From an uncultured Clostridium sp. (GTDB lineage: Bacteria > Bacillota > Clostridia > TANB77 > CAG-508), in contig CAMEWM010000004.1 in the NCBI GenBank assembly GCA_945946655.1, positions 1,809-65,808 of the forward strand: a DNA stretch of 64,000 nucleotides, given 5' to 3'. The notes below the pieces were generated by a model. The model was not told the origin of the DNA and ran no database searches. It was given only the letters and a program-made list of their open reading frames with translations. Of the stretch, positions 20,113 to 30,268 are shown in pieces (position 1 is the first letter of the stretch; every line of letters starts with the position of its first letter). Position numbers and translations under genes: made by a program.

Positions 20113-21333
20113 ATGAAAAGACAGAATGTTTATAAAATAATAATGCTTGTTATATTAACAGCTACAATCACTTTTATGCTTACAACAATGGTAATGTATA
20201 ATAAATTTTCAAATGTTTATAGTAATAACTATTCTAGTACAAATGAAGAGTATACGTCGACAGAAATGTCTTTAGTAAAAACATTAGAATCTTTTAAAAC
20301 AATGTTAGAACAAAAATATATTGGTGAAATTGATGAAGAAAAGATGATAGATGGAGCCATAAAAGGCTATGTAGAAGGAATAGGCGATCCATATACAACA
20401 TATCTAACAAAAGATGAAATGAAGGAATTTACAGAAGAAACAAATAGTGAATATGTAGGAATAGGAGTGTATCTAACTAATAATAAAGCAGATAACACAA
20501 TTTTAGTTGTTGGTATAATGAAGGCTGCGCCAGCACTAGATGCGGGGATGCAAGCAGGAGATATAATTGAAAAAGTAAATGATATAGTTTATACAGGAGA
20601 TCAGCTTGATGATGCAATAAAAATTTTAAAAGGTGAAGAAGGAACAAATGTTAAAGTTACTGTCTTAAGGGATGGAAAAGAAATAGATTTAACTATAACT
20701 AGAAAGAAAATAACAGTAGAGCATGTAGCTTCACAAATGCTAGAAAATAATATAGCATATATACAAGTAGATTCATTTGATAGTGGAGTAGCCAAAGCTT
20801 TTGAACAGCAAATAACAGAATTGAAAAATGGTGGGGCAAAAGGAATCATAATAGATTTAAGAAGCAACGGTGGAGGAATAGTAGATGAAGCTACTGGAAT
20901 TGCAGATTTATTTTTAAAGAAGAATGAAACAATACTTATAACCAAAGGAAAAGAAGACAAAGAAGAAGTAACAATATCTAAAAATGATCCAATAATACAA
21001 GATATACCAGTAGTAGTATTAGTAAATGAAGGAACAGCAAGTGCATCTGAGATATTAGCAGGAGCACTAAAAGATAAATATCCAAGTACTACAATAGTAG
21101 GCAAAAAAACATATGGAAAAGGAGTAATTCAAACTTTGTATAACTTATCAGATGGTAGTGGACTAAAAGTAACTACAGAAGAATATTATACGCCAAACCA
21201 TAATAAGATAAACAAAGAAGGAATAAAGCCAGATGTTGAAATAAACCTTACGAAAGATGAAGATGGATATTATGAAACAGATATTGACAAAGATGCACAA
21301 ATACTAAAAGCCAAAGAAATATTATCGAAATAA
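20113..21333 (+). CDS. S41 family C-terminal processing peptidase (Ctp)
   Basis: N-terminal TM, a PDZ segment (GIMKAAPALDAGMQAGDII), and catalytic blocks DLRSNGGG, GTASASEILAGALKD and TYGKGVIQ. Confidence 0.88.
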   Translation: MKRQNVYKIIMLVILTATITFMLTTMVMYNKFSNVYSNNYSSTNEEYTSTEMSLVKTLESFKTMLEQKYIGEIDEEKMIDGAIKGYVEGIGDPYTTYLTKDEMKEFTEETNSEYVGIGVYLTNNKADNTILVVGIMKAAPALDAGMQAGDIIEKVNDIVYTGDQLDDAIKILKGEEGTNVKVTVLRDGKEIDLTITRKKITVEHVASQMLENNIAYIQVDSFDSGVAKAFEQQITELKNGGAKGIIIDLRSNGGGIVDEATGIADLFLKKNETILITKGKEDKEEVTISKNDPIIQDIPVVVLVNEGTASASEILAGALKDKYPSTTIVGKKTYGKGVIQTLYNLSDGSGLKVTTEEYYTPNHNKINKEGIKPDVEINLTKDEDGYYETDIDKDAQILKAKEILSK

Positions 21334-21350
21334 ATACAAGAAGGGCTGAA

Positions 21351-21386
21351 TAGAAACTAATTTTTTAATTAGTTTCTATTTTTTTA
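21351..21386 (+). terminator. Rho-independent terminator after ctp
   Basis: Stem tagaaactaatt/aattagtttcta with loop tttt, followed by T7. Confidence 0.8.
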
Positions 21387-21401
21387 TCAGAACGCAAAAA
21401 A

Positions 21402-21522
21402 AGTCGAAAACTTCTCATAAATCGATAAAACTAGTCAAATTTTGCTATTGGAAAAATATGGAAAACGTAGTATATTGGTATAAGAAAAATGAAGGTCAAG
21501 GAATTTCTATGACTTCGTTAAT
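21402..21522 (+). promoter_or_regulatory. Possible Spo0A box and SigH-like -35 upstream of the spoIIA operon
   Basis: AGTCGAA at 21402-08 matches the 0A box TGTCGAA at 6/7 positions. AAGGAATT at 21498-505 resembles the SigH -35. The -10 (gttaat at 21517-22) is a poor match. Confidence 0.25.
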
Positions 21523-21545
21523 AGAGAAAGAAAGGGGAGAAAAAT

Positions 21546-21875
21546 GTGGAATGTATTTATGTGCCTAAGGACAAGCAGCTGACTTTAAAAATTACGGAAG
21601 AGATCGATGAGCATACTACAGAAAAATTAAGGAGGAAAATTGATAATGAAATTACTAGATTTTTGCCTAGAAAAGTTATATTTGATTTTAGTAATGTTTC
21701 TTTTATGGACAGTGCTGGAATAGGAATGCTATTAGGAAGATATAAGGTGATCAAAATGCTAGGTGGACAGCTAGAATTAGCAAATGTAAATAAGCAAATA
21801 GAGAGAATATTTGAAATTAGTGGAATACTAAAAATTATTCCATTAGTCAAAAATAATGAGGAGAATGTTAGTTAA
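21546..21875 (+). CDS. spoIIAA: Anti-sigma F factor antagonist SpoIIAA (STAS domain)
   Basis: 109 aa with a GTG start. [20 protein letters not shown] contains the phosphorylatable Ser context. First gene of the spoIIA operon. Confidence 0.87.
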   Translation: MECIYVPKDKQLTLKITEEIDEHTTEKLRRKIDNEITRFLPRKVIFDFSNVSFMDSAGIGMLLGRYKVIKMLGGQLELANVNKQIERIFEISGILKIIPLVKNNEENVS

Positions 21876-21888
21876 TTGGAGGAGAAAA

Positions 21889-22374
21889 ATGATAGGGATA
21901 TATGATAATGAGATGAAATTAGAGTTCACAAGCAAATCTTCAAATGAAGCTTTTGCTCGTATAACAGTTGCAGCTTTTGCTTCTCAATTAGATCCAACCA
22001 TAGAAGAACTTGCAGATATAAAAACAGCAGTATCTGAAGCTGTAACTAATTGTATTATACATGGCTACGAGAATACCATTGGCATAGTAAAAGTGGAATG
22101 TAAATTAAAAGACAACTGGATAGAGATACAAATATCTGATTCTGGAAAGGGAATTGAAGATATAGAACTTGCTAAAAAGCCACTTTATACAACAAAAGCC
22201 AATTTAGAACGCTCAGGAATGGGCTTTACTATTATGGAAAGCTTTATGGATGAAATGAAAGTAGAATCTATTCCAGAAATGGGAACAAAAGTTACAATGA
22301 AAAAATACATATCTACAGAACAAGTTAATAATGAGAAAGTTGAAGAGCAGAGTAAATTAAAGGAAGGTATTTAA
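21889..22374 (+). CDS. spoIIAB: Anti-sigma F factor SpoIIAB (serine kinase)
   Basis: HATPase_c blocks [22 protein letters not shown] and [12 protein letters not shown] at 21889 follows SD ggaggag. Confidence 0.9.
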   Translation: MIGIYDNEMKLEFTSKSSNEAFARITVAAFASQLDPTIEELADIKTAVSEAVTNCIIHGYENTIGIVKVECKLKDNWIEIQISDSGKGIEDIELAKKPLYTTKANLERSGMGFTIMESFMDEMKVESIPEMGTKVTMKKYISTEQVNNEKVEEQSKLKEGI

Positions 22375-22376
22375 TA

Positions 22377-23108
22377 ATGCTTGAAAATACATATGAGGAC
22401 ATACTGAAAGCTCAAGAAGGCAATAAAGAAGCTATGGCTAGCCTTGTAACAAATAATATGGGGCTGGTCTATAATATTGCTAAAAGATTTATAGGGAGAG
22501 GCTACGAAATAGAAGATTTAAACCAAATTGGTGCAATGGGGTTAGTAAAGTCAATAAAAAAATTTGACATTTCTTATAATGTACAATTATCAACATATGC
22601 AGTTCCTTTTATAATTGGTGAGATTAAAAGATATATACGAGATGATGGAAGAATAAAGGTGAGTAGAAGTATAAAAGAATTAGCAATAAAAATAAATCAA
22701 ATACAAAATGAATATGCTTTAAAACATGGGGAAGAAATAAAAATAGAAAAAATAGCAGAGATGTTGAATATATCGAAAGAAGAAGTGGCACTGGCTATTG
22801 ATGCTAATGCTTCAAATGTTGTTACATCTATTAATGAACCAATATACAACGAAAAATCAGGAAAAGAGGTATGCGTAGGAGATATTATTCCTGATGAAAA
22901 TAACGAAGAAGTAGATATTGCAAATAAATTAACAATAAATAAGCTGATAGATGAATTGAACGAACAAGAAAGAGATATTGTAAAATTAAGATATTTTAAA
23001 GGAAAAACGCAAACAGAGGTGGCAAAAAAATTAGGCATCAGTCAAGTTCAAGTATCAAGGATAGAAAAAAGAATTTTACATTCTATGAAGCAGAAATTAG
23101 TAATATAA
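22377..23108 (+). CDS. sigF: Sporulation sigma factor SigF
   Basis: Sigma-70 regions 2-4 (DLNQIGAMGLVKSIKKFD, STYAVPFIIGEIKRYIRD, QTEVAKKLGISQVQVSRIEKR). Third gene of the spoIIA operon. Confidence 0.9.
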   Translation: MLENTYEDILKAQEGNKEAMASLVTNNMGLVYNIAKRFIGRGYEIEDLNQIGAMGLVKSIKKFDISYNVQLSTYAVPFIIGEIKRYIRDDGRIKVSRSIKELAIKINQIQNEYALKHGEEIKIEKIAEMLNISKEEVALAIDANASNVVTSINEPIYNEKSGKEVCVGDIIPDENNEEVDIANKLTINKLIDELNEQERDIVKLRYFKGKTQTEVAKKLGISQVQVSRIEKRILHSMKQKLVI

Positions 23109-23128
23109 ATTATATTATGGAGAGAAAT

Positions 23129-24142
23129 ATGAAAAAAATAATTTTAATTGTGTTACTAATCATATTAGCAACATTTATTATTCCGATAATATTTACAAAT
23201 AAATTTGCTATGCAGGAAGTAAATTCTAATTTAATTAAAGAAGTTAATAATATAGAGATTGTTACAGAAAATAGTAGTAAATATGCATATAATAAATATG
23301 GAAAAGTAAAACTATTGCATATAAAAGATAATACTATAGAAGAATTAGATATTGATGAATATCTTTTAGGGGTCGTATCAGCTGAGATGCCAGCTGATTT
23401 TGAAGAAGAGGCTCTTAAAGCACAGGCTGTTGTGGCTAGAACCTATACAATATATATGATAGAGCATAATAAAGGAAAACATGAAAATGCAGATATATGT
23501 GATGATTCATCATGCTGCCAGGCTTGGATTTCAAAAGGAGATAGATTATCACGTTGGGATGAAGAGAAGAGAGATAATAATTGGAAGAAGATAGAAAGAG
23601 CTGTATACTCTACCGCAGGAAAAGTAGCAACATACAATGGAGATGTAATTGATGCTTTTTTTCATTCTAATAGTGGTGGGAAAACAGAAGAGGTATCTAA
23701 TGTGTGGGGAGGCGAAAATTTACCATATCTTCAAAGCGTAGAAACCTCCGGAGAGGAAGCATATAGTCAATATGCATCTGAAGTAGTTTTAGGAAAATCA
23801 GATTTTGAGGATAAAATAAAGCAAAAATATCCTGATTTTGTTATTGATTATAATAATACAGAATGCATAGAAATTATAGAATATACACAAGGAAATAGAG
23901 TAAAAACAATAAAAATTGGTAATTTGGAACTATCTGGAGTAGAAGTAAGAAGTTTGATAGGACTAAGATCTGCTAATTTTGTGGTAGAAATAAGTGATGA
24001 TAACATAAAATTTTCGGTGAAAGGATATGGACATGGAGTTGGAATGAGCCAAACTGGAGCTGATAGTATGGCAAAGCAAGGCAGTAATTATGAAGAAATT
24101 ATACAACATTACTATACAGGAGTTGAAGTCACTAATATATAA
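23129..24142 (+). CDS. spoIID: Stage II sporulation protein D (SpoIID/LytB lytic transglycosylase)
   Basis: AQAVVARTY, FHSNSGGKTE and GHGVGMSQTGA motifs, with an N-terminal TM. ATG at 23129 follows ggagag; the ORF-track start is 23117. Confidence 0.85.
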   Translation: MKKIILIVLLIILATFIIPIIFTNKFAMQEVNSNLIKEVNNIEIVTENSSKYAYNKYGKVKLLHIKDNTIEELDIDEYLLGVVSAEMPADFEEEALKAQAVVARTYTIYMIEHNKGKHENADICDDSSCCQAWISKGDRLSRWDEEKRDNNWKKIERAVYSTAGKVATYNGDVIDAFFHSNSGGKTEEVSNVWGGENLPYLQSVETSGEEAYSQYASEVVLGKSDFEDKIKQKYPDFVIDYNNTECIEIIEYTQGNRVKTIKIGNLELSGVEVRSLIGLRSANFVVEISDDNIKFSVKGYGHGVGMSQTGADSMAKQGSNYEEIIQHYYTGVEVTNI

Positions 24143-24204
24143 AGTCTGTATATATTTAGAAAAAATGGAAATACTTATATTAATAAAAAATAAGGAGGAA
24201 AGAT

Positions 24205-25032
24205 ATGAATAGAAGAGGAAGAAGAGATACAGACTCTAATACAAATATAAGTATGATTGTTTTTGCAACTATAATTGTTATAGCTATTGTTGCTTTTATT
24301 TTGTCATACATGTTGTATAGTAGAAAGCTAAATACACAAGCGAAAACGATAAATAATACTCAAAAAATATCTTCAGTAGCAGAAAATAACATGATGAATA
24401 TAATAGAAAACACGGAAGTGGCTAGTTCATCAATTGGAAAAAGTGTTAATGAGATGGAGAACACAGTAGAAAATACTTTAAGTACTAATAAAACTGAAAA
24501 GATGGCTATTAATACAAGTAATATAGAAAAAAAGCAAACAGAGAGTAAACAAACAGAAACTAAACAAACAAATAATAAAGATATATCTATAAATGAAGAA
24601 CAAATTGAAGAAACAGCAAAAGATCCTAGCTTTATAAAGCCGGTAGAAGGTGAGAAAATAAAGGATTATTCAAAAGATAATTTAGTTTATTCTAGCACAT
24701 TAGATGAATGGACAACACATTTAGGAATAGATTTTACCGCAGAAAAAACTGATATAGTAAAAGCAGCAGCAGATGGTAAAGTTAAATCTATAAAAAACGA
24801 TCCTAGATATGGACTTACAGTAGTTATCGAACATGAAAATGGATTTGAAAGTATATATTCAAGCCTATTAACAGCTGAATTTATTAATGTAGGAGAAGAA
24901 GTAAAGCAGGGACAAACTATTGCAACTGTTGGAAATACGGCAAGATTTGAAATATCTGATGAAACACATATTCATTTTGAAATAAAAAAAGATGGGATAA
25001 ATGTTGATCCGAACATTTATATAAAAGAATAA
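24205..25032 (+). CDS. spoIIQ: Membrane-anchored LytM (M23) protein, SpoIIQ-like
   Basis: N-terminal TM, a low-complexity KQTE linker, and a LytM domain with THLGIDF (HxxxD) and THIHFEI (HxH). Adjacency to spoIID as I recall for Clostridioides difficile. Confidence 0.55.
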   Translation: MNRRGRRDTDSNTNISMIVFATIIVIAIVAFILSYMLYSRKLNTQAKTINNTQKISSVAENNMMNIIENTEVASSSIGKSVNEMENTVENTLSTNKTEKMAINTSNIEKKQTESKQTETKQTNNKDISINEEQIEETAKDPSFIKPVEGEKIKDYSKDNLVYSSTLDEWTTHLGIDFTAEKTDIVKAAADGKVKSIKNDPRYGLTVVIEHENGFESIYSSLLTAEFINVGEEVKQGQTIATVGNTARFEISDETHIHFEIKKDGINVDPNIYIKE

Positions 25033-25105
25033 AAACAAATAAATATCCGATATAGTATAGTGAACGATATTTATTGTTCTATAATTTTCATTAAGATTGT
25101 TAAAG

Positions 25106-25153
25106 GACTAGAAATATAATAAAATATATTTCTAGTCAAATTTATTTTTTGCT
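25106..25153 (+). terminator. Terminator after the spoIIQ-like gene
   Basis: Stem gactagaaatata/tatatttctagtc with a T-rich tail. Confidence 0.65.
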
Positions 25154-25303
25154 AAACTTTTATTATATTAAATAGTTAATGATTTTATCAAAATATTAAA
25201 GTTATAGTAGTAAAAATTTAAATAAAATTAGAAATATAAAATGATATTTTGTCCTTGACAATATTTCGATAATAATAGATAATACTGCTGAAAAGGAGTA
25301 ATA

Positions 25304-26620
25304 ATGGAAGCAAAAGAAAAAGTATTATCGGAAAAAAGAAAGAAAAATATGAAAGTATATTCTATCCATAGAATGTTAACTTTTGACTTGTTATTTTATT
25401 ACGCTATAAAGTTTTTGTTTTTAACGCAAATTAAAGGTTTTAAATCAGAAGATGTCGTTATAGCAAGTGCTTGTTGGGGACTATTTAGAGTGCTATTCCA
25501 AGTACCAATTACTACATATATAGACAAATTTGGAAACAAAAAAAGTCTGATAACAGCAAATATATTACAAGCTATTGGAACTATAGTGTTAATGTCGTCA
25601 GAAAACATGTATACATTAATATTAGCAAATTTATTTGGTGGAATAGCGTATGCAATGAAAGAGGTTGCTGAAACAGAAATATTAAATCTATCAATTCCAG
25701 AAACTGAAAATAAAAGTCAAATATATTCAAAAATAGATGGTAAAGCAACTGGCAATTATTATTATCTATCTGCGATTTCAGCAATATTATCAGGAATATT
25801 GTTTGACGTAAATGGATATATACCAATGACTATAAGTGTAATAGTGCAATTATTAGCGACAAGAATTGCGTGCGAATTCGAAGATATAAATTTGAATGAA
25901 AAAAGATTAGAAAATACAGGAGAAAATATTAAGAAAACATTTAAGCAATATATTAAAAATTTAAGACTGGCTTTCTCATTTATATTTAATTCAAGAAGAC
26001 TCAAAGCTTTAATGATATTTTCCGGAGTAATGTATGGAATTATTATGGTAATGGGAACATATGAAATGAACTTGTTGGATGCTATAGGAATATCTGCAAC
26101 AGGAATAGGCATAATCTATGCGATAATGCAAGTAATTGCAGGAATGTCTTCCAAAGCACATAACAAATTTCACGAAAAATACAGAAATAAAAGTTTAACG
26201 ATTATTGGAATCTCATATACTCTAGCTTGTTTAATAGCAGGAATTATATCTAGTGTTCAAATACCAATCTTTATCGTAATTGGAATAATAATAATTACTT
26301 ATATTATAAGATATACAGATACAGGACTTTATTTTGTTCTAATAAAGAAATATATGACTAATTTTACAAATGTAGAAGTGGCAAATAAAGTATATGCAGC
26401 CAATGAACTGGTTACAGGAATAGGAAATTCAATAATCTGCATATTTGGTGCAATAATTGTATCACATAATAGTATCATGAAATCGATGATAATATTTGGA
26501 ATAGTATTTTTAGTCATAATGATTTTAGTTTTACAATACATGAAAACAAGAGTTGGCTTAAAACCAAATGATTATAGAAAAAAAGATATAAATTACAAAG
26601 AATATATTAGCTTAAAATAG
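25304..26620 (+). CDS. MFS-type transporter
   Basis: 438 aa with about 12 predicted TM helices and a central cytoplasmic loop. Own terminator downstream. Confidence 0.65.
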   Translation: MEAKEKVLSEKRKKNMKVYSIHRMLTFDLLFYYAIKFLFLTQIKGFKSEDVVIASACWGLFRVLFQVPITTYIDKFGNKKSLITANILQAIGTIVLMSSENMYTLILANLFGGIAYAMKEVAETEILNLSIPETENKSQIYSKIDGKATGNYYYLSAISAILSGILFDVNGYIPMTISVIVQLLATRIACEFEDINLNEKRLENTGENIKKTFKQYIKNLRLAFSFIFNSRRLKALMIFSGVMYGIIMVMGTYEMNLLDAIGISATGIGIIYAIMQVIAGMSSKAHNKFHEKYRNKSLTIIGISYTLACLIAGIISSVQIPIFIVIGIIIITYIIRYTDTGLYFVLIKKYMTNFTNVEVANKVYAANELVTGIGNSIICIFGAIIVSHNSIMKSMIIFGIVFLVIMILVLQYMKTRVGLKPNDYRKKDINYKEYISLK

Positions 26621-26623
26621 ATT

Positions 26624-26663
26624 AAAGAGGGACAGGTTGCCATTGGCAAAGAAGTCCCTCTTT
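26624..26663 (+). terminator. Terminator after the MFS transporter gene
   Basis: Stem aaagagggac/gtccctcttt. Confidence 0.65.
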
Positions 26664-26682
26664 ATGCATTTGAAAAAAGTAC

Positions 26683-26711
26683 TTGACAGTTATGGAGAAT
26701 AAATATAAAAT
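26683..26711 (+). promoter_or_regulatory. Sigma-A-type promoter candidate for rny
   Basis: TTGACA (26683-88), a 17-nt spacer, then TAAAAT (26706-11). Confidence 0.45.
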
Positions 26712-26852
26712 AGTATAAGATAAAGTATATGCTAATATTAAAATTATAGATAGATAAGTAGATAGATAAAATTAAAAATTTATATATGTTTAGAGATATT
26801 AGATATATATTTTTATGCACATTGAAAATTTAATAGAAAGAGGTGTAAAATT

Positions 26853-28394
26853 ATGCAAATCGTAATTTATATCGCCATTTTTCTAGTCTCAGCAATTATT
26901 TTTACCTTTGTAGGTATGGCAATAAGAAAGAAAGTAGCAGAATCAAAAGTAGGTAGTGCAGAGGAAGAAGCAAAAAAGATAATTGACCTTGCACAAAAAG
27001 AAGCCGAAAATAAAAAGAAGGAAGAAATTTTTAAAGCACAAGAAGAGATCATGAATAGTAGAAAAGATCTTGACAACGAGATTAGAGAAAGAAGGAGCGA
27101 AGTACAACAACAAGAAAGAAGATTGTTGCAAAAAGAAGAGAACCTTGAAAACAAAATGGAGCACATTGAAAAGAAAGAACAAGATATTGAAGAAAAGAGA
27201 CAAGAATTAGAGAATAAAAAGCAAGAAATTACAAAAACGTTGGACAAACAAATGGAAGAGCTTCAAAGAATATCAGGGCTATCAAAAGACGAAGCAAAGA
27301 AACAATTACTTGCAGAAATGGACAAACAGTTAACTTTGGAAAAAGCTAATTTAATAAAAGCTACAGAAAATAAGGTTAAAGAAGAATCTGTAAAAAATGC
27401 AAGAGAAGTAATTGGATATGCAATTCAAAAGTGTGCGGCAGATCATACTGCAGAAACTACAGTATCAATTGTTCCACTACCAAATGATGAAATGAAAGGT
27501 AGAATAATTGGTAGAGAAGGTAGAAATATTCGTACACTAGAAACATTAACAGGAGTAGATCTAATAATTGATGATACACCAGAAGCAGTAGTAATCTCTG
27601 GTTTTGATGCGTTAAGAAGAGAAGTTGCTAGAATAGCGTTAGAAAAATTGATGGAAGATGGGAGAATTCATCCTGCAAAGATTGAAGAGATGGTTGAAAA
27701 GGCAAAAGAAGAAGTTGCAGAAACTATCAAGGAAGAAGGAGAAAGAGCTTGTATGGAAACAGGTGTAATTGGACTTCATCCAGACCTAGTAAACTTACTT
27801 GGAAAATTAAAATATAGAACAAGTTATGGACAAAATGTATTAAACCATTCGATAGAAGTTTCAAACTTAGCAAGAATTATGGCTGATGAATTGGGACTAG
27901 ATCCAAAACTAGCTAGAAGAGCAGGATTACTACATGATATAGGAAAGGCATTAGACCATGATGTTGAAGGAACACACGTTCAAATAGGAGTTGATGTATT
28001 AAAAAAATACAAAGAAAATCCAATAGTAATAAATGCTGTTGAAGCACACCATGGTGACGTAGAACCACAAACAGTAGAAGCTGTTTTAGTGGCTGCTGCT
28101 GATGCAATATCTGCTTCAAGACCTGGAGCAAGAAGAGAGACGCTTGAAAATTATATTAAACGTCTTGAGAAACTTGAATCCATTGCAGACTCATTTAAAG
28201 GCGTTGAAAAGTCTTTTGCAATACAAGCTGGTCGTGAAGTTAGAATAGTTGTAAAGCCAGAGCAGATAACAGATGCCGATATGACAATTCTTGCAAGAGA
28301 TGTTGCAAAAAAGGTTGAGGAAGAGATGGAATATCCTGGCCAAATAAAGGTAAACATCATAAGAGAAACGAGAGTTGTAGATTATGCAAAATAA
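26853..28394 (+). CDS. rny: Ribonuclease Y
   Basis: N-terminal TM, coiled coil, KH domain ([26 protein letters not shown]) and HD domain (LLHDIGKA). Confidence 0.95.
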   Translation: MQIVIYIAIFLVSAIIFTFVGMAIRKKVAESKVGSAEEEAKKIIDLAQKEAENKKKEEIFKAQEEIMNSRKDLDNEIRERRSEVQQQERRLLQKEENLENKMEHIEKKEQDIEEKRQELENKKQEITKTLDKQMEELQRISGLSKDEAKKQLLAEMDKQLTLEKANLIKATENKVKEESVKNAREVIGYAIQKCAADHTAETTVSIVPLPNDEMKGRIIGREGRNIRTLETLTGVDLIIDDTPEAVVISGFDALRREVARIALEKLMEDGRIHPAKIEEMVEKAKEEVAETIKEEGERACMETGVIGLHPDLVNLLGKLKYRTSYGQNVLNHSIEVSNLARIMADELGLDPKLARRAGLLHDIGKALDHDVEGTHVQIGVDVLKKYKENPIVINAVEAHHGDVEPQTVEAVLVAAADAISASRPGARRETLENYIKRLEKLESIADSFKGVEKSFAIQAGREVRIVVKPEQITDADMTILARDVAKKVEEEMEYPGQIKVNIIRETRVVDYAK

Positions 28395-28400
28395 ATTGCA

Positions 28401-28436
28401 ATAGAGCAAATAGCAAAACTATTTGCTCTATTTTTG
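28401..28436 (+). terminator. Rho-independent terminator after rny
   Basis: Stem atagagcaaatag/ctatttgctctat followed by T5. Confidence 0.8.
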
Positions 28437-28521
28437 TTATATAAATGTAAGAAAAAATTAATATAATTGTAACAAAAAAATATATAAAATGTTATATAAT
28501 AAAAACATAATATAGTATATT

Positions 28522-29559
28522 ATGGAGAATTATATGAATATATCAAGAGATTTAGAGAAAATAGGGATATTTCCTAAAGAAGAATTAAGGATAGAAGAGA
28601 AAAACAGAATAGCAAGAGATGTTACAGAAAAGTTATGTTCAAACTTAAAAGAACTATATGATTGCTACAATGAATTGTATATGAGATTATTTAACTGTGA
28701 TATGTATTATGCTGATGTGCATGAAAAGTTTGGAGATGTATTTTATTATTATAAAAATAATACTATATATATAGATAGTAAAAAAGATATTTCTAATATA
28801 GATTCATATATGATTCATGAAACTATACATTATCTACAAAACTTCAGCAAAATAAATAAAGATAAAGAATCAAATAGAGCCGGAATATGTCAATTTATGG
28901 AATTTAAATTATTTGGCTTAGGAATAAATGAGGCAATAGTTCAGTATATTACAGCTAAAGCTCTAGGAAATAAAATACACAGAATTAACAATGAAGCAAT
29001 AACTATAGCAACAAATAGCGAAAACTATTATAAATATATGACAAGCTTAGTTGGACAAATATTATTATTAATAGGAGAAAAAGAAGCAATAGAGAGTTGC
29101 TTAAATAGTACAGAAAATTTTGAAAATAAATTATATAACACATTTGAAGAAAATACAGATAAGATAGTAAAGAATTTTGATTTAATATTAGAGGAAAATA
29201 ATAAAAATGACAGAGATGAGTCGAAAATTATAGAAATATATATGCAAACACAAGAACTAATATATACAACATACTTTACTAAAATGTGTAAAAGATTAAC
29301 GACAATAAAAGAAGTAGATACAGAAGTAGAAAAATTAGAAAATTACAGTAATATAGTAGGAAGACTATTAGAAACAACTATTGAAGAAGATAAATTTAAG
29401 AACTTTAAAAAAGATATGGAAAGTAAATTCCTAAAAAAGTATATTGAAATCAACAAAAATCAATCAAGAAATTCATTAACGATTGTATACAAAAATTTTA
29501 TTAACAATCTGTGGAATAAAATAATAAGTTTTTTCCAAAGTAAAATAATAAAAAATTAA
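28522..29559 (+). CDS. Hypothetical protein with HExxH zincin-like motif
   Basis: 345-aa ORF. YMIHETIHYLQ contains HExxH, with a possible third ligand Glu in GINEAIVQY. No family recognised. The alternative start is 28534. Confidence 0.4.
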   Translation: MENYMNISRDLEKIGIFPKEELRIEEKNRIARDVTEKLCSNLKELYDCYNELYMRLFNCDMYYADVHEKFGDVFYYYKNNTIYIDSKKDISNIDSYMIHETIHYLQNFSKINKDKESNRAGICQFMEFKLFGLGINEAIVQYITAKALGNKIHRINNEAITIATNSENYYKYMTSLVGQILLLIGEKEAIESCLNSTENFENKLYNTFEENTDKIVKNFDLILEENNKNDRDESKIIEIYMQTQELIYTTYFTKMCKRLTTIKEVDTEVEKLENYSNIVGRLLETTIEEDKFKNFKKDMESKFLKKYIEINKNQSRNSLTIVYKNFINNLWNKIISFFQSKIIKN

Positions 29560-29569
29560 ATATATAAAC

Positions 29570-29601
29570 AAAAAATCCAACTCAGTAAGAGTTGGATTTT
29601 T
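29570..29601. terminator. Bidirectional terminator between convergent genes
   Basis: aaaaaatccaactc-agta-agagttggatttttt, with A/T runs on both sides. Confidence 0.75.
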
Positions 29602-29921
29602 TAGAAGAAGAATTTTATAAAATTAAGTGTAAATATTGAAATAGCGATTCTCCATATATTTTTAAAAGTTTTTACCACAACATTTTTAACAATAGATAAA
29701 CTGTAATCCTTTTTGACTGTTAAAGCCAAACAGTTAACAACCTCAGAAGATTCATTTTCCTGAGTTGTTCGTTCTTCTTGAATAGTATTATCTAAATTTG
29801 TTACATTTTTATCTGATGTATTTTCTTGCTCAACATTATCAGTATTATCTAATGTTTGGTCTAAATCATTAAGTTTTTCAGATTCTACATCGATTTCGGT
29901 CTTATTTGGTGAATCTACCAT
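29601..29921 (-). CDS. Hypothetical protein (acidic N-terminal half, hydrophobic C-terminal tail)
   Basis: 106-aa ORF sharing a bidirectional terminator with the upstream convergent gene. No recognisable family and weak coding evidence. Confidence 0.3.
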   Translation of the reverse strand: MVDSPNKTEIDVESEKLNDLDQTLDNTDNVEQENTSDKNVTNLDNTIQEERTTQENESSEVVNCLALTVKKDYSLSIVKNVVVKTFKNIWRIAISIFTLNFIKFFF

Positions 29922-30268
29922 AATTCGAATCCTTCCTTTGTTAGTTTAATTAGATTATAACATAGTGCAAAAAAAAGTCAATAAAAATTTTTTTATAAAA
30001 TATTTTGAAACTAACGGCAAATTTCGTCAATATCTAATAAAAAATACATAAAACACTTATGTAAACCCAAAAAACGATGCTTATTTTAATGAAAAATGCG
30101 AAATTATATTGCAAAATAAGGAATTTTGTGATATAACTATGTATGTATTTTTCTAGGTACATAAATTTTCCAAATAAGGAGTATTTTACATTATTTGGAA
30201 TAATATGTATTAGATATTATAAATAAACATCTAGTAAGATGAAATCTATTTTTTAGAAAGGGGAAAAT

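Noticed and set aside
29922-30268. Possible c-di-GMP riboswitch or other riboswitch in the 347-nt leader of the adhesin operon
   Set aside because: Clostridial adhesin genes are sometimes riboswitch-controlled. This region, however, is extremely AT-rich, shows no GEMM-type conserved GC-rich helices or motifs, and has only short trivial hairpins. It cannot be supported without a covariance-model search.
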